Shown here: positions 1 through 7,173 of the stretch, piece by piece
How positions within the stretch are numbered: the stretch's first letter is position 1
Layout of the letters: each line of letters begins with the position of its first letter
DNA from: Brevibacterium daeguense
GTDB lineage: Bacteria; Actinomycetota; Actinomycetes; Actinomycetales; Brevibacteriaceae
NCBI RefSeq assembly: GCF_021729135.1
Contig: NZ_JAJTWW010000003.1
Span: 195,537-219,536 of the forward strand
Direction of reading: 5' to 3'
Length of the DNA: 24,000 bases
The notes under the pieces: model-generated
Seen by the model: the letters and a program-made list of their open reading frames with translations, nothing else
Databases searched by the model: none
What the model was told of the DNA's origin: nothing
Program-made: the position numbers and the translations under genes

Positions 1-1412
1 CCGGCCTGGGCGATGATCTGCGCCTCGGCGGAATCGTCCTTGGCGTTGAGGACCTCGCAGGCGATGCCGCGTGTGCGCAGCCGCTCGGCGAGGCTCTCGC
101 TCTCCGCCACCGAGCGGGTGCCGATGAGCACTGGCCGCCCTGCCGCGTGCTGCTCGGCGACTTCGCCGACGATGGCCCGCTCCTTCGACTCCTGCCGGGT
201 GTAGAGCCGGTCCGGCTCGTCGACGCGGATGACCTCCAGGTGCGGGTCGACCGGCACGATCTCGAGGCCGTAGAACTCGCGCAGGTCATCGCCGACCGCC
301 AGCGCAGTTCCGGTCATCCCGCAGATCGTCGAGTAGCCGTGGATGAGCTCCTCCACCGTCATCTGGTCGAGGATCTCCCCGCTCTCCGTCGTCGCGAGCC
401 GCTCCTTGACCTCGACGGCAGCCTGCAGCCCGTCAGGCCAGCGCTGCAGTTCCGCGACGCGTCCGCGCGAGTCCGAGATCAGCTTGACCCTGCCGTCGAC
501 AACCAGGTAATCGACGTCTCTGTGGACGAGTGCCTTCGCGTAGAGCGCCAGGCTGACGGCCGCGAGGGTGGCGGAGTCATCGCCGAACAGGTCGGCGTCG
601 AGCCGCTCCTCGACCAGATCGATTCCCTCATTGGTCAGCGACACGGCCTTCCGGTCCTGGCTCACCTCGTAGTGCTCGCCGGGAACCAGCTCCTCGACCA
701 GGGCAGCGATCGCCGAGTCCGCATCCTCCTTCGACGTCGAGCCGGCCAGCACCAGCGGCACCCGGGCCTCATCGATGAGGACGGAATCGGCTTCGTCGAC
801 GATCACGACGTCGCGCGAGCCGACCCGGATGTGCGCGTCGTCGAGCACGAACCGGTCGCGCAGCACGTCGAACCCGACTTCGGTGACCGAGGCGTAGACG
901 ATCTCCGCACGATAGGCCTTCCGCCGTGCCTCCTCCGAGTCGGCTCCTGACACGGATGCCGACTCCACACCCAGCAGATCGAACAGCGGCTTCATCCAGT
1001 TGCGATCGCGGACTGCCAGGTAGTCGTTGACGCTCACCAGGTGGACCTGGCGCCCCTGCAGGGCGTACCCGGCCGCGGCCATCGCGCCGACCAGCGTCTT
1101 GCCCTCACCGGTGAGCAGCTGCACGACGGCGCCGTCGAGCAGTCCCAGCAGACCGGTGATCTGGGTGTCATAGGGCCGTTCGTCGAGAGCGCGCTCGGCC
1201 GCTTCACGGGCGAGCGCAGCGTACTTGGTGAGCTGGGCCCGCCGATCGCCCGATTCGAAGATCTCCGCGGCCGTCTTCGCGATCTCCTCGTCCTGAAGCT
1301 CCGCGTAGCTCCTGCCGAGCCGCTCGATCTCCGGACGGGCCTTCTCCAGCCAGCCGAGCTTCTTCTCAGCCTGAGCGCCGGGCCGGTTGAGCAGTCGGGC
1401 AAGAAATCCCAT
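1..1412 (-). CDS. secA2: Accessory preprotein translocase ATPase SecA2 (N-terminal part; gene continues beyond the left edge)
   Basis: Absent from the ORF track because no stop lies in the window. My minus-strand translation from ATG at 1412 gives MGFLARLLNRPGAQAEKKLGWLEKARPEIERLGRSYAELQDEE...RPYDTQITGLLGLLDGAVVQLLTGEGKTLVGAMAAAGYALQGRQVHLVSVNDYLAVRDRNWMKPLFDLLGV...YASVTEVGFDVLRDRF...VIVDEADSVLIDEARVPLVLAG. These are SecA motor motifs (TGEGKT Walker A, VDEADS). The strings AAAGYAL, ASVxExGFDVLRD and VPLVLAG resemble mycobacterial SecA2 more than SecA1 as I remember them. GGAGGA RBS 8 nt upstream of the ATG. Confidence 0.85.
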   Translation of the reverse strand, partial: MGFLARLLNRPGAQAEKKLGWLEKARPEIERLGRSYAELQDEEIAKTAAEIFESGDRRAQLTKYAALAREAAERALDERPYDTQITGLLGLLDGAVVQLLTGEGKTLVGAMAAAGYALQGRQVHLVSVNDYLAVRDRNWMKPLFDLLGVESASVSGADSEEARRKAYRAEIVYASVTEVGFDVLRDRFVLDDAHIRVGSRDVVIVDEADSVLIDEARVPLVLAGSTSKEDADSAIAALVEELVPGEHYEVSQDRKAVSLTNEGIDLVEERLDADLFGDDSATLAAVSLALYAKALVHRDVDYLVVDGRVKLISDSRGRVAELQRWPDGLQAAVEVKERLATTESGEILDQMTVEELIHGYSTICGMTGTALAVGDDLREFYGLEIVPVDPHLEVIRVDEPDRLYTRQESKERAIVGEVAEQHAAGRPVLIGTRSVAESESLAERLRTRGIACEVLNAKDDSAEAQIIAQA

Positions 1413-1553
1413 CGCGTGAGTCCTCCACAGATTCGGTGTGCTCCGCACAGTCTACGTGCGCCGCGGCCGTCCGGTTGCTTCTCCAGGCCTGCCGCCTGCT
1501 GACGCTTCCTGTCAGTCGGGGCAGCGGGGGAATGAGCTCCGAGGCTGTCGGGG

Positions 1554-2471
1554 TCATCGCACGGCTTCCAAGGCCGAGAGCAGGTGCTGAGCGCTGCGCT
1601 CGACGGAATGCTCAGCAGCGAGCGCGGCCACCTGGGCGGTGTCCGCTTGAGAGCCGGCGGCGGCGATGAAATCCGCGACCTCCAGGTCCTCCAGGCACGT
1701 CATCACTCGATGATTCCGCTCGACGGCATCCCGGGCGTGCAGCAGCGCTGTCCGACGCTTCTCCGAAAGCCCGTGGCCCTCGGCGCCGGCGCCGGCGGCC
1801 GCGAAGAGATCCTCCAGGGTGCCGTAGCCGCCGAGCAGCTTGGCCGCCGTCTTCTCCCCGATGCCGGGAACACCCGCCAGCCCGTCAGCCGGGTCTCCGC
1901 GCAAGGCCGCGAGCTGTCGGTACTGGGATCCCTCGGCGACGCCGTAGAGCTCCTGCAGCTCGGGAAGGCGGAGGGTCTCCCACTCCCCGCCCTTGCGCGG
2001 CCGCATGATCGCGACATCCCGATCCGGCCGGAGCAGGGCGAGCAGGTCCCGGTCGGAGGAGACGACGATCACCGAATCCGACGTCTGGGCCGTGATCGAG
2101 GCGATGACATCATCCGCTTCCGTGCCCGGCACCTCGGCGATCGGGATGCCGGCCGCGGCGAGCAGCTCGTTGAGCAGCGGCAGCTGCACGGCCAGATCCT
2201 CCGGCATCTCCGTGCCCGCCTGCTCGTCCTTGACCCGCTGGGCTTTGTACTCCGGCGCCACCGCAGTGCGGAAGGCCGGTCTCCAGTCCGCATCCATCGC
2301 TGCGACGACCCGGGGTGTGCCGACGGCTGTGACGAGCGCGGCAACGGTGTCCAGGACACCGCGCACCGCGTTGACCGGCATCCCAGCCGAATTCGTGATG
2401 GAGTCCGGCAGCGCGTGGTACGAGCGGTAGTAGAGCGTCGGAGTGTCGAGGGCGACGAGTGGTCGGTTCAC
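1554..2471 (-). CDS. 5'-3' exonuclease (FEN / Pol I N-terminal-domain-like, PIN fold plus H3TH)
   Basis: 305-aa ORF: ALDTPTLYYRSYHALP...MPVNAVRGV...DADWRPAFRTAVAPEYKAQR...EADDVIASI...VVSSDRDLLAL...GVPGIGEKTAAKLL. This is the typical standalone 5'-3' exonuclease pattern with high GC3. Confidence 0.8.
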   Translation of the reverse strand: MNRPLVALDTPTLYYRSYHALPDSITNSAGMPVNAVRGVLDTVAALVTAVGTPRVVAAMDADWRPAFRTAVAPEYKAQRVKDEQAGTEMPEDLAVQLPLLNELLAAAGIPIAEVPGTEADDVIASITAQTSDSVIVVSSDRDLLALLRPDRDVAIMRPRKGGEWETLRLPELQELYGVAEGSQYRQLAALRGDPADGLAGVPGIGEKTAAKLLGGYGTLEDLFAAAGAGAEGHGLSEKRRTALLHARDAVERNHRVMTCLEDLEVADFIAAAGSQADTAQVAALAAEHSVERSAQHLLSALEAVR

Positions 2472-2531
2472 GCGCTCACCCTATCCCGGGCCACGGACAC
2501 GAGGGCGGGAACGGCGTGAAACAATGTCGTC

Positions 2532-3512
2532 GTGATTTCAAGGACAGTTCTGCACAACGGTGATGTATACAGCAGCGCGGATCCCTTCGCGACCGCGATC
2601 GCGTTCGAGGGCGAGACCGTCACGTGGGTCGGCTCGGACGAAGCGGCCGGCGAATTCGAGGGCGAGCACGTCGATCTGGAGCAGGACTTCGTGACGCCGG
2701 GTCTCGTATCCGCGGCAGTGGACCTGCGCTCCGCCGAGGTTTCGCCGGCTGACCTGCTCGCTGCCGGCATCACCTCTGCCCACCTCATCGGGGAATCGAG
2801 CACCGTGGAGAATTTCGCGGCCGCAGCTCCGACCGAGCTCGACATCGTCGCCTACCCTCTGGGCCGTACTGACGCCACTGGGGCCTTTCCCGGATCCGAC
2901 CTGGCGCGGGGAGCGCTTCCGGACCATCAGCAGTTCGCCCTCGTTGATTCCCAGGCGGACCTCGACGCGGTGCTGCTGATGGTGAAGGACGACGAGCTGC
3001 GCACCCACGCACAGCGCTACGGCTTCCGAGTCCTCCTGTCGATTCCCCTGCCGGAGGCGGCAGTAGAACCGCTGTCCCGCTGCGGTCTGGCCGTGACGCT
3101 GGACCCCCTGCAGCACGATCAGCCCCTGGCTGCGCTGCTGGCCGCCGGCGCACAGCTGAGCTTCGCCCTCGACCCCGTCCAGCCGTGGAGATCGCTGGCC
3201 GCTGCCGTCTACTCCGTGTCGGACGGGATCTCGGCACGGGCGGCCTTCAACTGCGCCACCCGGTTCGGCTTCCGCGCCGTCGGCCGCTTCGAGGCAGGAG
3301 TGCTGGCTCCGGGCGCTGTCGCCACTGGCGTTCGCTGGGAGGTCGACGACCTCGTGGTGCAGGCGGCCGATTCGCGGGTCGCCTCGTGGAGCACGGATCC
3401 GAGGTCCGGTACACCCGGGCTGCCCGACCTCTCGGGTGCCGAGGCGCTCCCGCGCCTGCGGGCGGTCTGGGTCCGGGGGCGCCGGGTGCCGACGCAGGTG
3501 AGCTCGGGCTGA
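2532..3512 (+). CDS. Amidohydrolase-fold protein, apparently lacking the HxH metal motif
   Basis: 326-aa ORF with GTG start. The N-terminus (LHNGDVYSS...AIAFEGETVTWVGSDEAA...VDLEQDFVTPGLV) and the C-terminal end (LPRLRAVWVRGRRV) follow the amidohydrolase-family beta-sandwich/TIM-barrel layout. After TPGLV the sequence reads SAAVDL where DxHxH is expected. Confidence 0.55.
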   Translation: MISRTVLHNGDVYSSADPFATAIAFEGETVTWVGSDEAAGEFEGEHVDLEQDFVTPGLVSAAVDLRSAEVSPADLLAAGITSAHLIGESSTVENFAAAAPTELDIVAYPLGRTDATGAFPGSDLARGALPDHQQFALVDSQADLDAVLLMVKDDELRTHAQRYGFRVLLSIPLPEAAVEPLSRCGLAVTLDPLQHDQPLAALLAAGAQLSFALDPVQPWRSLAAAVYSVSDGISARAAFNCATRFGFRAVGRFEAGVLAPGAVATGVRWEVDDLVVQAADSRVASWSTDPRSGTPGLPDLSGAEALPRLRAVWVRGRRVPTQVSSG

Positions 3513-3894
3513 CTCGGGATTCGCTCCCGGGTTGATGCGGACCCGCCGATGCCGGGGCGACACGCCGTGCCTCGGAAATTTTTCCCGCAGTCTGTGCGGC
3601 TCCCCGAGCCCCACGTCACCTGGAGCGATGACTGTCAGCGCTGGTCAGGAGAGTTTTGCCGATCGTACGTGCTTCGGTACATTCGAAAGAGTCATCCCTT
3701 CGGGGGTGCGATCCGGTGCCGGCCGGCAATAGAAAACGCAAGCTCGAGCTCGCGGTCCGAAGTCGGTCGGCACCGGGTCCCAGGCCTATCTGTCGGGTGC
3801 CGTCCACGCAGCCGGCCGAGGCCTGCGGGGTTGGCCGTCGATCGCGCGGACCGGGTCCCGCGATGGCGCGACCGAGTCGTCTAGGCTTGATCGG

Positions 3895-4638
3895 GTGCCT
3901 ATGAATACTCTCGTTATCATCCCCACGTACAACGAACGCGACTCCCTTCCGAAGACGATCGAAGCCGTCCACCGGTGGACGGCGCACGCCCACATCCTCG
4001 TCGTCGACGATTCCTCGCCGGACGGAACCGGGGAGTGGGCCGCCGAGCTCGCAGCTCGGGACGAGCGGGTCTTCGTGCTCCACCGCACAGCGAAGAACGG
4101 GCTCGGCGCGGCCTACGTGGCCGGATTCGGCTGGGCCCTCGGACGGGACTACACGATCATCTGCGAGATGGATGCGGACGGTTCTCACCGCGGCCGAGAT
4201 CTTCCTCAGCTGCTTGCCGCGGTCGAGGAGGGCGCCGACCTCGCCATCGGCTCGCGGTGGATCTCCGGCGGGGCAGTCGTCAACTGGCCGCGCAACCGGC
4301 ATCTGCTGTCGAGGGGCGCGAACGTCTACGTCAGCGCCGCGCTGGGTCTGGGTGTCAAGGACGCCACCGCGGGCTTCCGGGCCTACCGGCGGGAAGCTCT
4401 GGCCGCCATCGACCTGGACGACATCGAGTCGCTCGGATACTGCTTCCAGATCGACATGACGAAGCGGATCCTCGACGCCGGGTTCTCGATTGCGGAGGTG
4501 CCCATCACGTTCGTCGAGCGTGAGCTGGGGGAGTCGAAGATGAGCGGCCGGATCATCAAGGAGGCGATGATGCGCGTCACGTCCTGGGGACTCGAGCACC
4601 GCGCCCAGCAGGTGCGCTCTCTGGTCGGTCGGGGCTGA
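3895..4638 (+). CDS. ppm1: Polyprenol-monophosphomannose synthase (GT2 family, Ppm1/DPM1-like)
   Basis: [20 protein letters not shown]...[16 protein letters not shown]...[15 protein letters not shown]...[10 protein letters not shown]...IGSRW are GT2 polyprenyl-phosphate mannosyltransferase motifs. Adjacency to rbpA matches the known actinobacterial neighbourhood. The start is GTG 3895 or ATG 3901 (MNTLVI), unresolved. Confidence 0.85.
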   Translation: MPMNTLVIIPTYNERDSLPKTIEAVHRWTAHAHILVVDDSSPDGTGEWAAELAARDERVFVLHRTAKNGLGAAYVAGFGWALGRDYTIICEMDADGSHRGRDLPQLLAAVEEGADLAIGSRWISGGAVVNWPRNRHLLSRGANVYVSAALGLGVKDATAGFRAYRREALAAIDLDDIESLGYCFQIDMTKRILDAGFSIAEVPITFVERELGESKMSGRIIKEAMMRVTSWGLEHRAQQVRSLVGRG

Positions 4639-4644
4639 CGACAC

Positions 4645-4695
4645 AGAGAACCCCGGGAGGCGAGCTCGAAGCGCTCGTTCCTCCCGGGGTTCTCT
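4645..4695 (+). terminator. Hairpin terminator after ppm1
   Basis: Perfect 16-bp arms: agagaaccccgggagg (4645-4660) and cctcccggggttctct (4680-4695). A further cgagc/gctcg pairing lies inside the loop. It begins 7 nt after the ppm1 stop and has no T-tract, which is usual for this GC content. Confidence 0.6.
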
Positions 4696-4717
4696 GCTCT
4701 CGGCCGGTCCGAGTCCT

Positions 4718-4760
4718 GCACCAGGATCCTCCGTGCAGCCGGCCCGGCCGATCCTGGTGC
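4718..4760 (-). terminator. Hairpin just downstream of rbpA
   Basis: 11-bp arms gcaccaggatc (4718-4728) and gatcctggtgc (4750-4760), 10 nt beyond the rbpA stop at 4770. The loop is long (21 nt), so confidence is moderate. Confidence 0.45.
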
Positions 4761-4769
4761 GCACGTCGC

Positions 4770-5111
4770 TCAGACCTGCGGTGGGATCTCCCCGCGACGA
4801 ACCGCCAAACGCTCATCGAGCAGTGCCTGCAGCTCCTCGAAGGAGCGGCGCTCCAGCAGCATGTCCCAGTGTGTCCGGACGTGCTTCTCCGGCGTCTCCT
4901 CGGGCTCTTCGCCGCCGACGCGCTTGCCGATGCCATGCGTGCCGGAGTCCCAGGTCGCGGGAACGTCGGCTTCGACGGAGAACGGCACCGAGAACGTGTG
5001 GCCGTCTTCGGTCGCGTACTCGACCATCTGCCGGGGAGCCGGCTCGACTCCGACATCGGATTCGAGACTCCGCGACCCCAACTGGGTCCCGCGCAGACTG
5101 CGTTCGCTCAT
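4770..5111 (-). CDS. rbpA: RNA polymerase-binding protein RbpA
   Basis: 113 aa: LRGTQLGSRSLESD...APRQMVEYATEDGHTFSVPFSVEADVPATW...RTHWDMLLERRSFEELQALLDERL. This matches the RbpA core and sigma-interaction region (PRTHWDMLLERRS) almost motif for motif. Confidence 0.92.
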   Translation of the reverse strand: MSERSLRGTQLGSRSLESDVGVEPAPRQMVEYATEDGHTFSVPFSVEADVPATWDSGTHGIGKRVGGEEPEETPEKHVRTHWDMLLERRSFEELQALLDERLAVRRGEIPPQV

Positions 5112-5161
5112 CCTGTTTCACCTTCCGGTCGTACACACTCGGTCCAGATCAGTTCAACAGT

Positions 5162-5902
5162 CTAGTCGCCGGGTTCATTCCCGACTCGGCGCAGGGCCCG
5201 CTGCGCGAGCTCCGGGTAGTCGGTGACGATCGCGTCGACGTGAAGTCCGGCGAGCGCGCGCATGATGCTCGGGTCGTTGATCGTCCAGACGTGAACGGCC
5301 AGCCCCGCCCGGTGCGCTCCTCTCACGAATCGCGTCGTGACCACCGGGAGCGGACCACGTCGCAGCGGAACCTGCAAACTGTCGAGACCGGGGTCGAATC
5401 GCGCTGTGGCCGCGGCGCCTGCGAGCATGAACTGCGCGACTTCCGCCGTGCCGGCCGAGCTGCGGACTCCCGGCAGCGCCGATCGCAGTCGAGCGAGCCG
5501 CCGCGTGGAGAACGACGCGAGTCGAATGCGCGGCCCGACCTGCATCCGCCGCACCAGGCGGACCATCGGAGCCGTTGCGCGGTCACTCTTGACATCCACG
5601 TTGAAGCAGGTGTCCGGCAGCTCCTCGAGGATCGTCGACAGGCGGGGGATGCGACCTCCGGACACCAGCTCGACCGCATCGATCTCGACTGCCGGAAGAT
5701 CTCGGATCCGCTCCGGGCGGCCCGCCAACCTGCGGAGATCGGCATCGTGACATGCGTAGACCACGTTGTCGCGGGAGGTGCGGACGTCGGTTTCGATCCA
5801 GCGGAGGCCGAGATCTGCCGACCGGCGGAAGCTCTCGAGAGTGTTCTCGCCGACGTCCTCCCACAGCCCGCCACGGTGGGCGATGACCTCCGGCAGCTCC
5901 AT
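5162..5902 (-). CDS. Glycerophosphodiester phosphodiesterase family protein
   Basis: MELPEVIAHRGG...ENTLESFRRSADLGLRWIETDVRTSRDNVVYACHD...VHVWTINDP are GDPD motifs. The ORF track extends to 5986. I prefer ATG 5902 because family members start just before the xxAHRG motif and a GAGG lies upstream, but the start is uncertain. Confidence 0.78.
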   Translation of the reverse strand: MELPEVIAHRGGLWEDVGENTLESFRRSADLGLRWIETDVRTSRDNVVYACHDADLRRLAGRPERIRDLPAVEIDAVELVSGGRIPRLSTILEELPDTCFNVDVKSDRATAPMVRLVRRMQVGPRIRLASFSTRRLARLRSALPGVRSSAGTAEVAQFMLAGAAATARFDPGLDSLQVPLRRGPLPVVTTRFVRGAHRAGLAVHVWTINDPSIMRALAGLHVDAIVTDYPELAQRALRRVGNEPGD

Positions 5903-6006
5903 GGTGTTCACCCTAACCTCGGCGGCTCTGACAGTTTGCCTGAAGTTCCGCCGCGAGCACCCGTGGGATGATTGACCTGACCACACCGTGACGGGAGTAT
6001 TGATCC

Positions 6007-6465
6007 ATGACGAAGCAGCATGAACCCATCGAACCGACCGAAGTCTACGACTCGACGCGCAGGAGCACCTCGGACCGGCTCCGGTCAGCAGCAGGTCAGG
6101 TGATCGCCGGAGGCACCAGGATCAAGGACACGGTCACGACCTCGATGCAATCGGGGGCGGAATCAGCACGTACGACTGCCGGTGATCTCGCCGACCAGCC
6201 CGCGGCCAAGCTCCGTGAGTACTCCGACAGGGCTCGCTCGGAAGGCGCCCGGCTCGGCGACCGTGCGCGCACACGTGCAGGCCGTGCCGCCGCTCCCGGT
6301 GGAGCGGTTGACTGGACCGAGGAGAAGCTCAACGGGCTCCTTGCGGGAATCGGGCACCGGATCGACGACGCAGTCCGGGCCGGCAAGATCGACCGCGCGT
6401 TCCAATTCGCCCAGGAGGGCGTGTCGAAGGGCGCCGGCCAGGCGCGCCGACTGCTGCGTCGCTGA
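6007..6465 (+). CDS. Hypothetical protein, Ala/Arg/Gly-rich and probably largely disordered or helical
   Basis: 152-aa ORF with high GC3 and GGGAG about 11 nt upstream of the ATG. It is followed by a strong palindromic terminator. I recognise no family. Confidence 0.5.
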   Translation: MTKQHEPIEPTEVYDSTRRSTSDRLRSAAGQVIAGGTRIKDTVTTSMQSGAESARTTAGDLADQPAAKLREYSDRARSEGARLGDRARTRAGRAAAPGGAVDWTEEKLNGLLAGIGHRIDDAVRAGKIDRAFQFAQEGVSKGAGQARRLLRR

Positions 6466-6469
6466 CAGC

Positions 6470-6517
6470 CGAATCGACGATGGCGGCAGCGATATCGCTG
6501 CCGCCATCGTCGATTCG
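6470..6517. terminator. 48-bp perfect palindrome, probable bidirectional terminator between convergent genes
   Basis: cgaatcgacgatggcggcagcgat|atcgctgccgccatcgtcgattcg. I checked base by base that 6470-6493 is the exact reverse complement of 6494-6517. It lies between the stop of 6007..6465 (+) and the stop of ferritin (-). Confidence 0.6.
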
Positions 6518-6564
6518 TCGACCGTTGCCGACCCGATCGGGCGTCGGCCGTCGACCGCAGGGAG

Positions 6565-7077
6565 TTATTCGGCGACACCGATCCCCGGGGTGCGTGACCC
6601 CAGCTGGCTGTCCATCCGCAGCAGGCCGGCCCCGTCGTCGCCGATCAGCTTGAGTCGGCCCACGATCTCGCCGACGGTGGCCTCTTCCTCGACCTGTTCG
6701 TCGACGAACCAGTTGAGCAGGGGAAAGATGTCGATGTCGCTTTCCTCCTGAGCGGTGCGGTAGAGCTGCCTGATCGCCTCGGAGACCTTCTCCTCATGTG
6801 CGAGAGCGGCTTCGAAGAGCTCGACGGGTGACCTGCCGGTGAACTGCGGCGCGTCGATGCTCCCGATCTGGGGAGCGATCCCGCGGTCGATCGCGTGCGC
6901 GATGAACTTCGCGGCATGGACCTGCTCCTCCTCGGCCTGGGCGCGCATCCACGTGCCCATCCCGGTGAGGTCCTGATTCTCCAGCTCGATGGCCAGCTGG
7001 AGATACACGATGGAGGCAGTGAGCTCCAGTGTCACCTGCCTGCTGACCGCCTCGGCCATAGTGGGGGACAAGCGCAT
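6565..7077 (-). CDS. Ferritin (bacterial non-haem ferritin, Ftn/BfrB-like)
   Basis: MRLSPTMAEAVSRQVTLELTASIVYLQLAIELENQDLTGMGTWMRAQAEEEQVHAAKFIAHAIDRG...ALAHEEKVSEAIRQLY...NWFVDEQVEEE shows ferroxidase-centre spacing. Start placed at ATG 7077 with GAGAGGAA RBS. The track's extension to 7212 would overlap the divergent uvrA-like start. Confidence 0.85.
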   Translation of the reverse strand: MRLSPTMAEAVSRQVTLELTASIVYLQLAIELENQDLTGMGTWMRAQAEEEQVHAAKFIAHAIDRGIAPQIGSIDAPQFTGRSPVELFEAALAHEEKVSEAIRQLYRTAQEESDIDIFPLLNWFVDEQVEEEATVGEIVGRLKLIGDDGAGLLRMDSQLGSRTPGIGVAE

Positions 7078-7173
7078 CGGAATTCCTCTCGGGTGGGCGT
7101 CAGGGGCTGAGCTGCATTGCTTCGACTGTAGTGGTCCTGCCGCGAATCCGACAGACTCTCTAGACTGCTGATC

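Noticed and set aside
147-950. 267-aa plus-strand ORF and neighbouring ORFs (1041..1502 +, 1034..1402 -)
   Set aside because: They lie antisense to or out of frame with the clearly recognisable secA2 reading frame. The compositions are Arg/Asp/Val-rich with no motifs, typical of GC-driven shadow ORFs.
3616-4764. 382-aa minus-strand ORF across ppm1, and 11854..13185 - (443 aa) across the Hsp70 gene
   Set aside because: Both are antisense to genes with clear family motifs, so they are shadow ORFs.
7078-7173. IdeR/DtxR iron box upstream of ferritin
   Set aside because: I scanned for TTAGGTTAGGCTAACCTAA-like 19-mers on both strands and saw nothing close. Only a short direct repeat (agact-ctct-agact) is present.
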